A stretch of 64,000 bases of DNA from assembly GCA_963665115.1 (NCBI GenBank), contig OY762007.1, positions 4,032,001 to 4,096,000 of the forward strand. Direction: 5' to 3'. Shown here in pieces: positions 1 through 11,990 of the stretch. The stretch comes from an uncultured Rivularia sp. GTDB taxonomy: Bacteria > Cyanobacteriota > Cyanobacteriia > Cyanobacteriales > Nostocaceae. The number at the start of each line of letters is the position of its first letter. The first letter of the stretch is position 1. Both the position numbers and the translations under genes were made by a program. The notes below the pieces were generated by a model, which saw nothing but the letters and a program-made list of their open reading frames with translations, ran no database searches and was not told the DNA's origin.

Positions 1-365
1 TGCTGAAATATCGGGAGAAGACCAGTAGGAAGTGCTAGACACGATAGAATATTACTATGAAAAATATTGAACAAAGAACTTGCTCTGACACTATTAAGCC
101 TAGAGTATCATGACGCGATCTTTCTACATTTCAACGGTCATTGGCATATAAAAACTGAAATATTAACTGCTCTTTTTATGTCCAAAAAAAACTGTAGTTT
201 TATCTCACTCATGTTCTACTTAATGAATATACTTTTTAAGTAAAACCAATTTATAAGTCCGATAAATTAAAATTTTGCGCGTTCGTCTACTTAGATGAGT
301 TGTATTGAAAGTGTAAAATTAAACAAAATAATGACGTTAACAATAAAGATGTTTATATACACTTC

Positions 366-881
366 ATGATGAATCTAAGCTTGCAGTACCCTATATTTGG
401 GCCAGAAATTCAGTGTCCCCATTGCCGTCAAACTATTCCGGCACTGACATTAACTGATACTTATTTATGTCCCCGCCACGGCGCTTTTGAAGCTAATCCG
501 AAAACAGGCGAATTAATTCACCTCCAATCTGGGCGACATTGGCGGAGGTGGAAGGATGAATGGTATCGTCAGCATACTCATCCTGATGGAATTAGGTTTG
601 AAATTCACGAGGCGCTCGATAAGCTTTATACTCAAGGCTATCGCGCTACTAAAGTGATTATTGCTTACCGGTATCGGGAATTAATGGGCGGTTACTTAGA
701 ACGTAGTTCGCCGTGGCGCGGAGGACAAAATTCAGAAGTTACTTCTGCACGATTGTACGGCTTACCAGTAGATTTTAGTCCCGAAGCTAGTGACGATTCT
801 TGCTGGGAAGTAATAAATTTTGATTTAGAAAAAGAACCCGGTGTTCCAGTACGCTACCCTTACTTTAGATTGTTTGAATAG
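366..881 (+). CDS. Conserved cyanobacterial protein (TIGR02652/DUF2396-like), N-terminal Zn-ribbon
   Basis: CPHC...CPRHG motif; YPIFGPEIQCPHCRQTIPALTLTD N-terminus typical of the family. Confidence 0.8.
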   Translation: MMNLSLQYPIFGPEIQCPHCRQTIPALTLTDTYLCPRHGAFEANPKTGELIHLQSGRHWRRWKDEWYRQHTHPDGIRFEIHEALDKLYTQGYRATKVIIAYRYRELMGGYLERSSPWRGGQNSEVTSARLYGLPVDFSPEASDDSCWEVINFDLEKEPGVPVRYPYFRLFE

Positions 882-1004
882 TTACAACTATCATCCATAA
901 TTGTGTTAGGAGTTTTCTGTGTCATTACTCCTAACCTTCGTTTACAAGCATTTGAGCAATATACACGAATATTAGAAATATCAAAAATATTAAAGAAAAC
1001 GAAA

Positions 1005-1445
1005 ATGCACCACGCTTCTATTCGTACTGCGGATATTCACTCTGCGATCGCCTTTTACGAACAATTGGGTTTCACAGTATGCGAGCGCTTCACGACGGGT
1101 TATACTCTGGCTTGTTGGATGGAAGGATTGGGAGGAAGAATTGAGTTAATTCAAATCCCCGAGCCGAAACCTGCTGCGGATGCATTTGCTGACGAACATT
1201 ATGTGGGATATTACCATCTGTCCTTCGATATCACCGAGACTGCGCCCGATTTACCCAGTTGGTTGAGCAGCATAAAAGAAAATTTTGCCGAAGCATCCCG
1301 CAAGCAGCCAGAAATAATAAAGCCATTAAAAGTACTTTTAGAACCAACTCAGCAGCAAATAGGCAGTTGTATCTATGAAGTTGCTTTCATCGCCGATACT
1401 GATAATTTACCGTTGGAATTTATTCGCAACTTGACAATTAAGTAA
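1005..1445 (+). CDS. VOC/glyoxalase family protein
   Basis: MHHASIRT..AIAFYEQLGF, GYYHLSF, D.D.LPLE motifs; ATG at 1005 preferred over the ORF-track start 903. Confidence 0.85.
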   Translation: MHHASIRTADIHSAIAFYEQLGFTVCERFTTGYTLACWMEGLGGRIELIQIPEPKPAADAFADEHYVGYYHLSFDITETAPDLPSWLSSIKENFAEASRKQPEIIKPLKVLLEPTQQQIGSCIYEVAFIADTDNLPLEFIRNLTIK

Positions 1446-1663
1446 ATTATAGAATTACTCCTTTGTGTTCCCTATTGCCCGTTCCCTAACCCCTACGAGT
1501 TATTAAGTAATTAAAACAAACTCATATAGTTGTAATTAATTACTTTTATCTGTAGAATAAACATTCTCTGTAGTGTTGCCGAGGCGACAGATTCCGACAG
1601 CAGATTAAACTATATTCAAAATAAAAATCTGTAGTTAATCTCACAGATAAATTAAGCAAATAA

Positions 1664-4567
1664 ATGTCTGTATATTTTACGTTTTTGCGTATTTGTCGTT
1701 TTCCGTCTTTACTTTTGGGGCTAGTACCGATCCTAGTTCTATTTTTTGGTGGTGAATCGGATAGCAGCAAGTTATTAGCTGCTTCAAAATGCGTAAATAA
1801 TCGCAAAGAATTGGTGACAAAAGAAAATACGATCTTGACGGTAGCTGAAAATGTTCGTAAAACTACGTTAGACAATGGTCTAAGCATCATAACAAAAGAA
1901 GTGCATACCGCGCCAGTGGTAAGCGTACAGGTATGGTACAAAGTCGGAACCCGCAATGAGAAACTGGGTGTAAATGGTATTGCTCACCAGCTCGAACATA
2001 TGATGTTCAAAGGTACAAAAAGCCGTCCCGTGCAGTTTGGGAAACTTTTTAGTGCTTTGGGTAGCGATTCAAATGCTTTCACCAGTCACGATCAAACAGT
2101 ATATTACGGTACTGCCGAACGCAATAAGTTAAAAGCGCTTCTGACTTTAGAAGCGGACAGAATGCAGAATGCTGTTATTGACGCGAAGCAGTTAAATAGT
2201 GAAAAGCGGGTTGTAATTTCTGAGTTAAATGGTTACGAGAATAGCCCAGAGTATCGTTTGAATCGGGTGGTTATGCGGGCTGCTTTTCCCAATCATCCTT
2301 ATGGATTACCCGTTGGTGGTACTGAAAAAGATGTGGAGAATTTTACGTTAGAACAGGTAAAAGAATATTACAAAAATTTTTACAGCCCTGATAATGCAGT
2401 GTTAGTGATTGTAGGTGATATTGAAACTAATAAAACTATTGCGGCAGTAAAGGAAATTTTTGGGAAAATACCAGGAAATAAAAATACAGGCTCAAAAAGT
2501 GAAGTAGTTGATAATAGTTTTGTAGAAGGCGTTTCTAATTTATCCGAACCGATTGTATTAAAGCAACCCGGCTCTGCACCGTTATTTCAAGCTGTATATC
2601 CCCTCCCTTCAGCAAAACATAAGGATATACCAGCCTTGGATGTAATGGATTATATTTTGGCTGAAGGACGAAATTCGCGTCTTTATCAAGCTTTAGTCAA
2701 TTCAGGAAAAGCTAGTGATGTGTCGGCAAGTGTTGTTAGCCTACAAGATGCAGGTTGGTACGAATTATTAGTCACAGCGAATTCCGCAGCTAATTTATCT
2801 AAAATTAAATCGATAATTAATCGCGAGATTAGTAATTTAGCGGATAAGGAAATTACAGCAGAAGAATTAAGTAGAGCAAAAGCTCAGTTGCAAGCATCAG
2901 TCATTTTAAGTAATCGCGATATTACCTCTTTGGCAATGCAGTTAGGTAATGATGAAGCAACTACAGGCGATTATACTTATACAGACCGTTATTTAGCTGC
3001 CATACAAAAAGTAACTGTTCAAGAGGTGCAGCAGGTAGCTCAAAAATATTTAAAACAGCAAAGCCAAACAGTAGGCTTTTTTAAACCAACTGATATAAAA
3101 GTTAAAGAAAAAACCGAGAATAAAGAAATTTCAGTAGAAAAAAGCCAGCATTTTCCTAAAAGTACTCTTAGAAACGCTGATGTAGTGAAGTACCTACCAC
3201 CAGTAGATTCGACTATCGCTTCAACAAGTCGGATAATACCCGAAAAATTTACTTTACCTAACGGTTTAGAAATTCTGCTGCTACCAGACAAAAGCACTTC
3301 TACGGTAACTCTGGGTGGCTATATCAAAGCTGGTACAGAATTCGACCCAAATGGCAAAGCAGGTTTAGCATCTTTGGTTGCAGATAATTTAATCAACGGT
3401 ACCAAAGACAAAGATGTTTTAAGTATCGCTAAAACTTTAGAAGATTGCGGTGCAAGTTTAGATATTAAAACCTATCGCGAAGGCATTTACTTTGAAGGTA
3501 ACAGCTTGTCGGACGATTTATCGGTGTTAGTAAAAACTTTAGGAGATGTAATTAAAAATCCGATTTTTCCTCGCAAGCAATTGCAGCTAACACGTCAACA
3601 AGCTTTGACGGCGCTTAAGCAGGATTTGGACGATCCAGAAGAAGTTGCCCAAAAAACTTTTTTACAAGCGGTTTTTCCCAAAACACATCCTTCTTATAGC
3701 TTTCCATCACAAGAAAGTTTGCAGCGAATTACTCGTCGCGATCTAGTTGACTTTCAGCAAAAACATTATCGTCCCGATACCACGGTATTAGCATTAGTTG
3801 GTGATTTCCAACCAGATCGAGTCAAAAAGCTGATAGAAAAAGAATTTGGAGATTGGCAAGTTTCGGGTGAAATGCCCAAAGCAGAATATCCACCCGTAGA
3901 TTTACCCAAATCAATTGTCCGTGTTAACCCGGTAGTTCCCGGTAAAGCCCAAGCAATCACTTTCATGGGCAACAAAGCGATTAATCGTCAAGATCCTAGA
4001 TATTATGCTGCAAAAGTCTTAAATCATATTTTAGGTGGCGATACTTTATCGAGCAGACTTGGTTCTCAAGTACGCGACCGTTTGGGCTTGACATATGGTA
4101 TTTTCAGTAACTTCCTCGCCGGTAAAAACTCTGGAACATTTTTGATTGAAATGCAAACCAGTCCAGAAGATACTACAAAGGCGATCGCCAGTACGCGCCA
4201 ATTATTAGAAGACTTGCACAGAAAGGGTGTAACTGCTGCGGAGGTTGAGACTGCTAAGCGTAATCTAACCGGCAATTATAACGTTTCTCTTGCTTCCCCC
4301 GATGAACTAACCTATAGAATTATCAAAAATAACGTATTAGGTTTAGATGCAGAAGAGTTACGTAGTTATACCGAAAAAATTCAAACAGTCACTTCCGAAC
4401 AAGTAAATCAAGCAGCACGCGAGTTACTTCATCCAGACAAAATTGTAGTTGTTACCGCAGGTCCTCCCGTATTAGCAAACCAAGGAAAAAGAAGTAATCG
4501 GTTGTCAATAAGCAACGAACAGCGAAAAGTGAACAGCGAACAGCGAACAGTGAACAGTGAACAGTGA
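1664..4567 (+). CDS. M16 (pitrilysin-like) zinc peptidase, two-module
   Basis: HQLEH inverted zincin motif, NAFTS.D.T.Y, second inactive M16 half; C-terminus runs into a GTGAACA repeat. Confidence 0.92.
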   Translation: MSVYFTFLRICRFPSLLLGLVPILVLFFGGESDSSKLLAASKCVNNRKELVTKENTILTVAENVRKTTLDNGLSIITKEVHTAPVVSVQVWYKVGTRNEKLGVNGIAHQLEHMMFKGTKSRPVQFGKLFSALGSDSNAFTSHDQTVYYGTAERNKLKALLTLEADRMQNAVIDAKQLNSEKRVVISELNGYENSPEYRLNRVVMRAAFPNHPYGLPVGGTEKDVENFTLEQVKEYYKNFYSPDNAVLVIVGDIETNKTIAAVKEIFGKIPGNKNTGSKSEVVDNSFVEGVSNLSEPIVLKQPGSAPLFQAVYPLPSAKHKDIPALDVMDYILAEGRNSRLYQALVNSGKASDVSASVVSLQDAGWYELLVTANSAANLSKIKSIINREISNLADKEITAEELSRAKAQLQASVILSNRDITSLAMQLGNDEATTGDYTYTDRYLAAIQKVTVQEVQQVAQKYLKQQSQTVGFFKPTDIKVKEKTENKEISVEKSQHFPKSTLRNADVVKYLPPVDSTIASTSRIIPEKFTLPNGLEILLLPDKSTSTVTLGGYIKAGTEFDPNGKAGLASLVADNLINGTKDKDVLSIAKTLEDCGASLDIKTYREGIYFEGNSLSDDLSVLVKTLGDVIKNPIFPRKQLQLTRQQALTALKQDLDDPEEVAQKTFLQAVFPKTHPSYSFPSQESLQRITRRDLVDFQQKHYRPDTTVLALVGDFQPDRVKKLIEKEFGDWQVSGEMPKAEYPPVDLPKSIVRVNPVVPGKAQAITFMGNKAINRQDPRYYAAKVLNHILGGDTLSSRLGSQVRDRLGLTYGIFSNFLAGKNSGTFLIEMQTSPEDTTKAIASTRQLLEDLHRKGVTAAEVETAKRNLTGNYNVSLASPDELTYRIIKNNVLGLDAEELRSYTEKIQTVTSEQVNQAARELLHPDKIVVVTAGPPVLANQGKRSNRLSISNEQRKVNSEQRTVNSEQ

Positions 4568-4590
4568 ACAGTGAACAGTGAACAGTGAAC
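4530..4590 (+). repeat. Heptamer tandem repeat (GTGAACA)n, STRR type
   Basis: Repeated gtgaaca/gcgaaca units overlapping the peptidase stop. Confidence 0.9.
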
Positions 4591-4764
4591 AATTATTAAT
4601 TATCAATTAATAACTTCTAACTCATAACTCTTAACTCCCTCTCCCCATCTCCCCGATGGGGCAATTGGTACAAAATAAGTTAACTTAAAATATAGTATTG
4701 TTCTTCAATTTGGCTAGTAAATCAATTCACATTTAAGCGGCAACACGCAATTCATTATTATCTT

Positions 4765-5592
4765 ATGAACATCTTAAGTAACCTGCTTTCTCAACCACGA
4801 TCGGAAAGTCGCCCTAAAAGACAACGTAGGGGAATTGAAATCAAATCGCCGCGTGAAATTGAAATTATGCGTCAATCGGCGAAAATTGTTGCCACTGTAT
4901 TAAAAGAAATTTCTGAGTTGGTAAAGCCAGGAATGAGTACAGCAGACTTGGATGCTCATGCTGAAAAGCGCATTCGCGAAATGGGCGCGACACCAAGCTT
5001 TAAGGGATATCACGGTTTTCCAGGTTCTATTTGTTCTAGCATCAATAATGAAGTAGTACACGGTATTCCCAGTGCTAAGAAAGTGATTCGTTCTGGTGAT
5101 GTTTTAAAAGTTGATACTGGTGCCTTCTTTGAGGGATTTCACGGTGATTCCTGTATTACAATCGCCGTTGAAGAAGTAAGGGATAAAGATGCTAAATTAA
5201 TTCGTGTTGCCGAAGAATCTCTTTATAAAGGTATTGAGCAAGTCAAAGCTGGTAACTATTTAATGGATATTGCTGGTGCGATTGAAGACCATGTAAAAGC
5301 CAATGGTTTTAGCGTAGTTGAAGACTTTACCGGACATGGTGTTGGTAGAAACTTGCACGAAGAACCTTCCGTTTTTAATTACCGCACCCGTGAAATGCCT
5401 AATGTCAAATTGCGTAAGGGAATGACCTTAGCAATCGAACCAATTTTAAATGCTGGTTCCAAACATTGTAAAACCTTATCCGATCGTTGGACTGCGGTAA
5501 CTGTAGATAATTCATATTCAGCACAGTTTGAGCATACTGTATTAGTTACAGAAACTGGATATGAGATTTTAACCGATCGCACAAAGGTTTAG
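4765..5592 (+). CDS. map: Type I methionine aminopeptidase
   Basis: [41 protein letters not shown]. Confidence 0.97.
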   Translation: MNILSNLLSQPRSESRPKRQRRGIEIKSPREIEIMRQSAKIVATVLKEISELVKPGMSTADLDAHAEKRIREMGATPSFKGYHGFPGSICSSINNEVVHGIPSAKKVIRSGDVLKVDTGAFFEGFHGDSCITIAVEEVRDKDAKLIRVAEESLYKGIEQVKAGNYLMDIAGAIEDHVKANGFSVVEDFTGHGVGRNLHEEPSVFNYRTREMPNVKLRKGMTLAIEPILNAGSKHCKTLSDRWTAVTVDNSYSAQFEHTVLVTETGYEILTDRTKV

Positions 5593-5634
5593 ATTTTGGA
5601 TTTTGGATTTTGAATTTTTAATATGTATTTAAAT

Positions 5635-5686
5635 GTAGAGACGCGATATTATGCCCTCCGGGCACGCTGCGCTAACGCGTCTCTAC
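5635..5686. repeat. Small dispersed palindromic repeat (GTAGAGACGCG...CGCGTCTCTAC) with nested ATGCCCTCCGGGCACGCTGCGCTAAC unit
   Basis: Inverted arms visible; related arms at ~20498, ~22214, ~57297; nested unit recurs at ~21308. Confidence 0.75.
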
Positions 5687-5712
5687 AAACATAATAGTTA
5701 TCTAATAAATAA

Positions 5713-6390
5713 CTAATTCTTCTCAATTTCGTCAAATTTTGCCCTAACAGCTTGAATATCCTGCCACATCAACCATTTGGGACCACCGACTTCGCGAGAT
5801 GAATTGCGTAGTAAGTAAGAAGGATGAAAAATAGGCATACATAAACGGCCTTCCCAATCTATCCACTGTCCGCGAATTTTGGTAATTCCGCGTTTTTCTG
5901 CTAGTAAACCTTTGAGAGCCGTCGCACCTGTCAAAAGGATGATTTTCGGATCGATTAGCCGAATTTGTTCTAAAAGGTATGGTTTACAAGCTTTGATTTC
6001 TTCAGCAGTTGGATTGCGATTGTCAGGAGGACGACATTTATTAATGTTGGCTATATATACATCTTTCTCGCTATCGAGTTTTACAGAAGCCAAAATTTTT
6101 TCCAGAAGTTGTCCCGCTCTTCCAACAAAAGGTAGCCCGGTTTCATCTTCATTTTGACCGGGTGCTTCTCCAATAATCATAATTGATGCTTGAAGATTTC
6201 CTCTTCCAACCACAGCATTTTGACGGGTTTCTCCCAGCTGACAACGATGACAATTATTGCAATGTTGTGCCAAGTCCATCATGGTTGGATAAGTGCCCGG
6301 AGGAATAGCAACTTTGGCATCTTTTGGAATATCTTCTTTTTGATTAAGAGTTGAGTCCTCGAAAAGACTTAACTGATTTTCGCTGCTCAT
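5713..6390 (-). CDS. Uracil-DNA glycosylase family 4 (Fe-S)
   Basis: C..C.L, GEAPG..ED..G.PFVG.AG, KCRPP.NR.P, HPSYLLR. Confidence 0.95.
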   Translation of the reverse strand: MSSENQLSLFEDSTLNQKEDIPKDAKVAIPPGTYPTMMDLAQHCNNCHRCQLGETRQNAVVGRGNLQASIMIIGEAPGQNEDETGLPFVGRAGQLLEKILASVKLDSEKDVYIANINKCRPPDNRNPTAEEIKACKPYLLEQIRLIDPKIILLTGATALKGLLAEKRGITKIRGQWIDWEGRLCMPIFHPSYLLRNSSREVGGPKWLMWQDIQAVRAKFDEIEKN

Positions 6391-6553
6391 TTGAAATTAA
6401 ACTTGCGTTTGGCAAAAGAATCTTTAGAAATATTGGTTCGGGTACGCTTTTTTTGCGTAATACTTGTATCTATAAACCCTTTATTATATCAGCTATTTCG
6501 AGTAGACGACAGCAATATTCAAGCCAATGCCGTTGTAAAGTGTTTAGTAAATC

Positions 6554-7237
6554 ATGTTATACAACCCACTTTTTCAAAATCGCGAAGCTGCTGGTGAGGA
6601 GTTAGCCCAAGCAATTCGTACTCAGTTGAACAAACAACAGGTTGAATCTGGATTAAAACCAATCCCAATTGTTTATGCTTTACCTAGAGGGGGATTACCA
6701 GTTGCTTTGCCAGTAGCGCGTTTGCTTGATTGTCCTTTAAAAATAGAAGTTGCAAAAAAAATTAGTCATCCGCAAAATGAGGAATTAGCTATTGGTGCGG
6801 TGACTGCTTCAGGAAGTGTGATTTGGGCGGACAATAGGATATTTCGCTTCAGATTTTATTCGCGAGAAAGACGGCAGGCAAGTTTAAATGCAGCAATAGA
6901 CTGTGCTAAATCTTTAGAGACACAGTTGAATCGTGCTTGTTCTCAAGTAAAGGTTGAGGGATCAACTATTATCTTAGTCGATGATGGTATCGCAACAGGT
7001 ATGACTATAGCAGCAGCAGCAACCGCTCTGAGAAAATTAAATCCCGCACAAATTTGGCTGTGTACTCCAGTTTTACCTAAAAATTTAATCCCTTGGCTGC
7101 ATAAATGGGGCGAGCAGGTTATTGCCTTAGCAGCACCAGAATCGTTTTTAAGCGTAAGTAATTTCTATGTAGAATTTCCTCAAATCGAAACCCAAGAAGC
7201 TTTAGAATATTTTCAACAGCAATCGATTAAAAGCTAA
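6554..7237 (+). CDS. Phosphoribosyltransferase family protein
   Basis: [29 protein letters not shown] loop. Confidence 0.9.
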   Translation: MLYNPLFQNREAAGEELAQAIRTQLNKQQVESGLKPIPIVYALPRGGLPVALPVARLLDCPLKIEVAKKISHPQNEELAIGAVTASGSVIWADNRIFRFRFYSRERRQASLNAAIDCAKSLETQLNRACSQVKVEGSTIILVDDGIATGMTIAAAATALRKLNPAQIWLCTPVLPKNLIPWLHKWGEQVIALAAPESFLSVSNFYVEFPQIETQEALEYFQQQSIKS

Positions 7238-7238
7238 G

Positions 7239-7355
7239 AGGGAACGGGGAACGGGGAACGGGGAATTGGGAATTGGTAATGGGGAATTGGGAATTGGGAA
7301 TTGGTAATTGGGAATTGGTAATTGGTAATGGGGAATTGGTAATGGGGAATGGGGA
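7239..7355 (+). repeat. STRR heptamer tract (GGGAATT/GGTAATT/GGGAACG)
   Basis: Direct 7-nt tandem units. Confidence 0.95.
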
Positions 7356-7435
7356 TTCATAATACTATTTCATTGAGCTTCATTAAAGAAATAACTAATA
7401 TCTACATAAAAATTAGTTTTTCTTCTTCCCATTCT

Positions 7436-7650
7436 TCCCTACTCCCTACTTACTACTCCCTACTCCCTACTCCCTACTTACTACTCCCTACTCCCTACTC
7501 CCTACTTACTACTCCCTACTCCCTACTCCCTACTTACTACTCCCTACTCCCTACTTACTACTCCCTACTCCCTACTCCCTACTCCCTACTTACTACTCCC
7601 TACTCCCTACTCCCTACTCTCTACTCCCTACTCCCTACTCCCTATTCCCT
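7436..7650 (+). repeat. STRR heptamer tract (CTACTCC/CTACTTA), about 30 units
   Basis: Direct 7-nt tandem units between convergent genes. Confidence 0.95.
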
Positions 7651-7652
7651 AA

Positions 7653-8732
7653 TTAATCGTATTTCACTGCTCTAGCGTAGTCGCCCATAGCATAACAAGC
7701 AGTTTTTAGACTAGCACGAGCTTGATCTTGACTGCGACGGTCTTTAATTTCTTTAGCTATCCGCAAACGTTCTTCATGATAGGACATTGCACCCTCGTAA
7801 TCCCCTAAAGCTTCACAAGCAACTCCCAAGCTACCTAAAGATTGTTCTTGGGCACGTGTATCTTGAGTTTCTTTTGCTAATTGAAACCGTTCTTCATAGT
7901 AAATAATCGTTTTTTTATACTCACCCAAAGCATAGCAAGCATTACCAAGATTTTTTAAGACTTGAATGCTAGTACGACGGTTTTTTAGTATGCGAGATAC
8001 AACGATACAATCTTCGTAGTAATCGATCGCTTTAGAGTAATTCATCAAAGCATACCAAGCATTACCTAAATTTTTTAATATTTGCTCTTCTCCCCAGTTA
8101 TCCTGAAGTTCGCGTACTAATTTTAAACTTTTTTCTTGATACTCGATTGCCTTAGAAAGATTATTTAAGGCTTTATAAACTAATCCCAAATTATTAAGTG
8201 CTGCTATCTCAGAGCGACTATCTTGTATTTCTTGAGCTTTTTCCAAACATTCTTGTAAAAATTCTATAGCTTCGGAGTGCTGTTTTAAATGACGATAAGC
8301 GTTGCCTAAATGTGAAAGTGCTTGAATCTGCAAACGCTCTTCCTGAGCTTCTTTAGCCAAAGACAAGCATTGTTGAGCGTAGGATATAACGCTTTTATAA
8401 TCGCCAGAACAATAAGCTACTAGTGCTAAATAAGAAAGCGCTTGAGCCTGTTTTGGAGAATTTCCATAGGCTTGAAATAGAGCGCTGGAGTGCTGTAAAG
8501 CCTTGATTGCAGCATTGAAGTCTCCAGCTTGTTGCTGTTGAATTCCCTGCTGCAATAACTCAGATGCTTCAAATGACTCTTCTTCATCCTTAAACGGAAC
8601 CTCTGTTTGTAAAGCTTCATCAACTTCTTGGATACCGCTATCGCTGTCTTCTTGATTTTTTTTTAGAAATTCTATCGGTACGTTTAAGGGTAGTGTATTT
8701 TTTAAACTTGAATTCCATTTATTTTTTTGCAT
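7653..8732 (-). CDS. Tetratricopeptide repeat protein
   Basis: Repeated L.NLG.AY..L..Y..AI.Y TPR units. Confidence 0.92.
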   Translation of the reverse strand: MQKNKWNSSLKNTLPLNVPIEFLKKNQEDSDSGIQEVDEALQTEVPFKDEEESFEASELLQQGIQQQQAGDFNAAIKALQHSSALFQAYGNSPKQAQALSYLALVAYCSGDYKSVISYAQQCLSLAKEAQEERLQIQALSHLGNAYRHLKQHSEAIEFLQECLEKAQEIQDSRSEIAALNNLGLVYKALNNLSKAIEYQEKSLKLVRELQDNWGEEQILKNLGNAWYALMNYSKAIDYYEDCIVVSRILKNRRTSIQVLKNLGNACYALGEYKKTIIYYEERFQLAKETQDTRAQEQSLGSLGVACEALGDYEGAMSYHEERLRIAKEIKDRRSQDQARASLKTACYAMGDYARAVKYD

Positions 8733-9489
8733 CGACCGCTTGCTCTCTGTGAATAATGATTGGTAAAGTTAGTATTCCCAAAATATTTGCCTAAATTTCA
8801 TTCTAAAAAGTAAATTTTAATAAATAGAGAATGAAATAGCACTAACGGTTCAAATCTCAACTAGTTTAGTGTTTAGAAAAAATATGTATTCCTTAAGGTT
8901 TTTAAGACTTTTAGTTAAATATCAAAAATCAAAATTTCAGCTTAGCTTGAGGACAGTATGCCGTTTTACGACTGCCTAAGTATCTCAATATTTTAAGGAT
9001 TTATTGCATAAAGCAAATTCTTATGACTAAACGAAAATACTATTAATCAAATAGCAGAATAATTAGAATTATCTCTTAGTTTGAGTTGTCTTAAAAGTAA
9101 TGACACTGCTATTTTAAACAAAAAATGATAAATAGTCAGTGAAGATTCAATAAAAAATAGTAAAAATAATAGCAATATTTATATTCAAAATATGTAAAAT
9201 ATACTGATAGTATTAGTACGGATTTTATGCATCATGCAATATATTCTGCTTCAATCTCATGAATTTGGGGATTGTTCAAGATTAACTCAATTGAAATTAC
9301 GCTGTTCTAATAATTGCATCTTGATTTAAATTTATTTATACTCGATCAATTTATATTTTAAAGCAAAATATATTGTTTTGAATTAACTATATATATGCTT
9401 TGAAAAAAAACACAAAAAGCTAACGCTTTACTATAAAAGGTTAAGAAAAATAAAGCAACAGCAAAAGAAGTCGCATTCTGATTGAACCT

Positions 9490-10278
9490 TTACTGTTTTT
9501 GCCAATTATCGACTATAGCTTTATCAAAATTAGCGCCTATTAAATTAGCACCTTGAAGTTTTGCATTCGTAAGATTTGCACCTGCAAAATTAGCACCTTT
9601 AAGGTTTGCCCATCTTAAATCTGCACCTCTTAAATCAGCTTCGCTCATATCGGCTTGCAATAAATATGCACCACCAAGGTGAGCTTTAGTTAAATTTGCT
9701 TTGTTTAAATTTGCTTGATAAAAATAAGCGCCGATTGCTTCGACTTCGTGCAAATTGGCGTTTATCAGTTCAGCACCAATCAGGTTAGCATCATGTAACG
9801 TTGCTTTCCAAAGATTGGCACGGTTTAGCTTTGCTCCCCCTAAATCTACACCTTTGAGATTCGCGTCTTTTAAATTAGTGCCAATCAAGTTTGCTTTACT
9901 CATAAAAGCATCTTTTAAATTCGCTGAACTTAAATCAACCCCAATCAAATTAGCGAGACTTAAATTAGCTTTCGTAAGATTCGCATTCCTTAGTTTGGCC
10001 AAACTAAAATTAGCTTTGATTAAATTAGCTTCTTGAAAATTTGTATTGCTAAGATTTGCGCTATTAAAGTCAGCTTTAGTTAGATTTGCTCGTGCTAGCA
10101 TTGCATTTTCTAAGTTTACATGGCTCAAATTCACACCTTGGAGATTTGCACCTGCAAGATTGTATCCATATAAATTTGCCGAACTTAAATCTAATTCAAC
10201 TTGAGGATTTTTCTTTCTCCACTCATCCCCTTTGAAAGTACCAGTTCTGAATAAAGTCAGATGTTCTAAATTTGCCAT
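9490..10278 (-). CDS. Pentapeptide repeat protein
   Basis: A(N/D)Lxx repeats throughout; MAN.EHL N-terminus. Confidence 0.95.
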   Translation of the reverse strand: MANLEHLTLFRTGTFKGDEWRKKNPQVELDLSSANLYGYNLAGANLQGVNLSHVNLENAMLARANLTKADFNSANLSNTNFQEANLIKANFSLAKLRNANLTKANLSLANLIGVDLSSANLKDAFMSKANLIGTNLKDANLKGVDLGGAKLNRANLWKATLHDANLIGAELINANLHEVEAIGAYFYQANLNKANLTKAHLGGAYLLQADMSEADLRGADLRWANLKGANFAGANLTNAKLQGANLIGANFDKAIVDNWQKQ

Positions 10279-10287
10279 AATTATTCT

Positions 10288-10930
10288 TTATTGCTGACGC
10301 TTGCTTGGGGAATTTACCCTACCAGCTACGTTTTCAATCGCCGCTAACGCTCCATCTGCACCTGCAAGTATATCTTGTTCTTGTCCCCCTAAATAAAGCC
10401 GACCAAAACTACCTACAGCGTTAACAGCCAAAATATTTATCGATGCAGCTTTTTCGGCTTCATTTGCAGCTAACGCAGCATAAGCAGCAGGTTCAACTTC
10501 CAATACATACAAAGTTTGTCCCGCTAACAACATCTGTCCCTCGTCGAGTGCGATTAATCAGCTGTGTTTGATAAGCGTCAACATTGCGAATAATTTGACT
10601 AGAAACTACCCTGGGTTTAAGCCCTTCATCCCTTCTGACTCCCAAAGCCTCTAAAATAGCCTGTCCCGCAGTACGAGTTTCGCCCTGAGAGCTAGAATGC
10701 ACTTCCAGCAAACCATACAGCCTTTCTACCATCTGGACTGCCGGACGAACCGAAGCAGATTTTAGTGCTACATCAGTAATTCGATTAATTTCAATACCGG
10801 GGGAGATTTCAACCCACAAAGAAGTGTCTCCAGGTAGTGGTAAAAAACCTTGGGCTACCGTTCCCATATACGCTGCGTGTTGAGGTTGTAAATTATCGAG
10901 ATATACAAAACTGCGTAGTTCTACACCCAA
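10288..10930 (-). CDS. ccmP: Tandem-BMC carboxysome shell protein CcmP, apparent +1 frameshift near 10538-10540
   Basis: Two overlapping ORFs join as ...[28 protein letters not shown]...; span 643 = 3n+1; extra G in cga ggg aca g. Confidence 0.85.
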
Positions 10931-11432
10931 GATTTCGCTCCAGCCATAAGGATAAGAAATAATTATTATATGGATTTAAACTACCATAATGCGGCTACCA
11001 GTAGGGAAGAAGGAAATTTTAGATTTTGGATTGAAGAGTTAGGAGTTGAAGAGAGCGGAGGGAGCGGAGTAAGAAAGAATTTTTTTGCCTCCCCTGCCTC
11101 CCCTACTCTCTTCCCCCTTTTCCTCTTGTCCCCTTGTCTTTGCGAATCTATCACGTTCAAAGCGTTAGCTTTGCGGGCGATCGCCATATTGAATCGCTGT
11201 AATTTCCGATAAATTCATAAATAATATCGGTTTGGCAAATAGGTTCAAGTTTATAACCGAGAACCTTATTAACCAAACCGATAGTGGTATTTTTAAATTT
11301 TATGATGGCTAGTTAAGAACGGTGTTGTCTTCACAAAATAATAAATTAATCAACTAATTAATGCTTTTGCAAGAAACACAATATCAATTTCTTTAAATCG
11401 GGAATTAAGAACTATCCCTCTTTGCAGGGCTA

Positions 11433-11636
11433 TTAGTTATGCATCAATACTCCTGCTTCGGTTTGACTATTATCGTAAGTAGTATCTCTAAAAATTACTT
11501 CCGTACCTTTGCTCGGATGTACAATTTCCACATTTGACGAACCTTTAATATTCTCCGCTACAGCCGCTGATATCGCGAAAAATATATCGAAAGTGAAGAA
11601 AATAGCTAGTGCAACAATAAAAAATGTTCTTTTCAT
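11433..11636 (-). CDS. Small hypothetical secreted protein
   Basis: MKRTFFIVALAIFF signal-like N-terminus; AGG upstream of ATG. Confidence 0.45.
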   Translation of the reverse strand: MKRTFFIVALAIFFTFDIFFAISAAVAENIKGSSNVEIVHPSKGTEVIFRDTTYDNSQTEAGVLMHN

Positions 11637-11646
11637 GAATTTAACC

Positions 11647-11990
11647 TCAATTTACAGCAGATGCACTTAGTAAAATACCAATTGCAATAATTGAAATTGC
11701 GCCGATAATACTAAGCTTGTTTTGTGGTTTCCGTTTTTGTTGGGAAACTTCGAGCCATTGATAGGCATAAATTGCTAAAAGTGCTAAAGTTCCCAGCACC
11801 AAAGCCAATCCCAAACTAAAAGCACACATTCAGCAGCATTCCGTAAACCTTTTAGTGCAAAGCGATCGCACCAAGCAGTAAAATTCGCGCTGATAGACAT
11901 GGTGCAATCCCTCCAGCAATACCAATCGCGATTAGAGAACGTATAGAAATTGATTTCTCTAAATGATGATGGTAATGATTGTTGAGTTTT
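11647..11990 (-). pseudogene. Frameshifted C-terminal remnant of an RcnA/NiCoT-like nickel/cobalt transporter
   Basis: His-rich HYHHH followed by LIAIGIAGGIAPCLSA.ILLL.AIALH, continuing in another frame as FSLGLALVL; N-terminal half missing. Confidence 0.65.

Noticed and set aside
7349..7675. 108-aa ORF with PTPYSLL repeats
   Set aside because: Translation of the CTACTCC heptamer tract; not a credible gene
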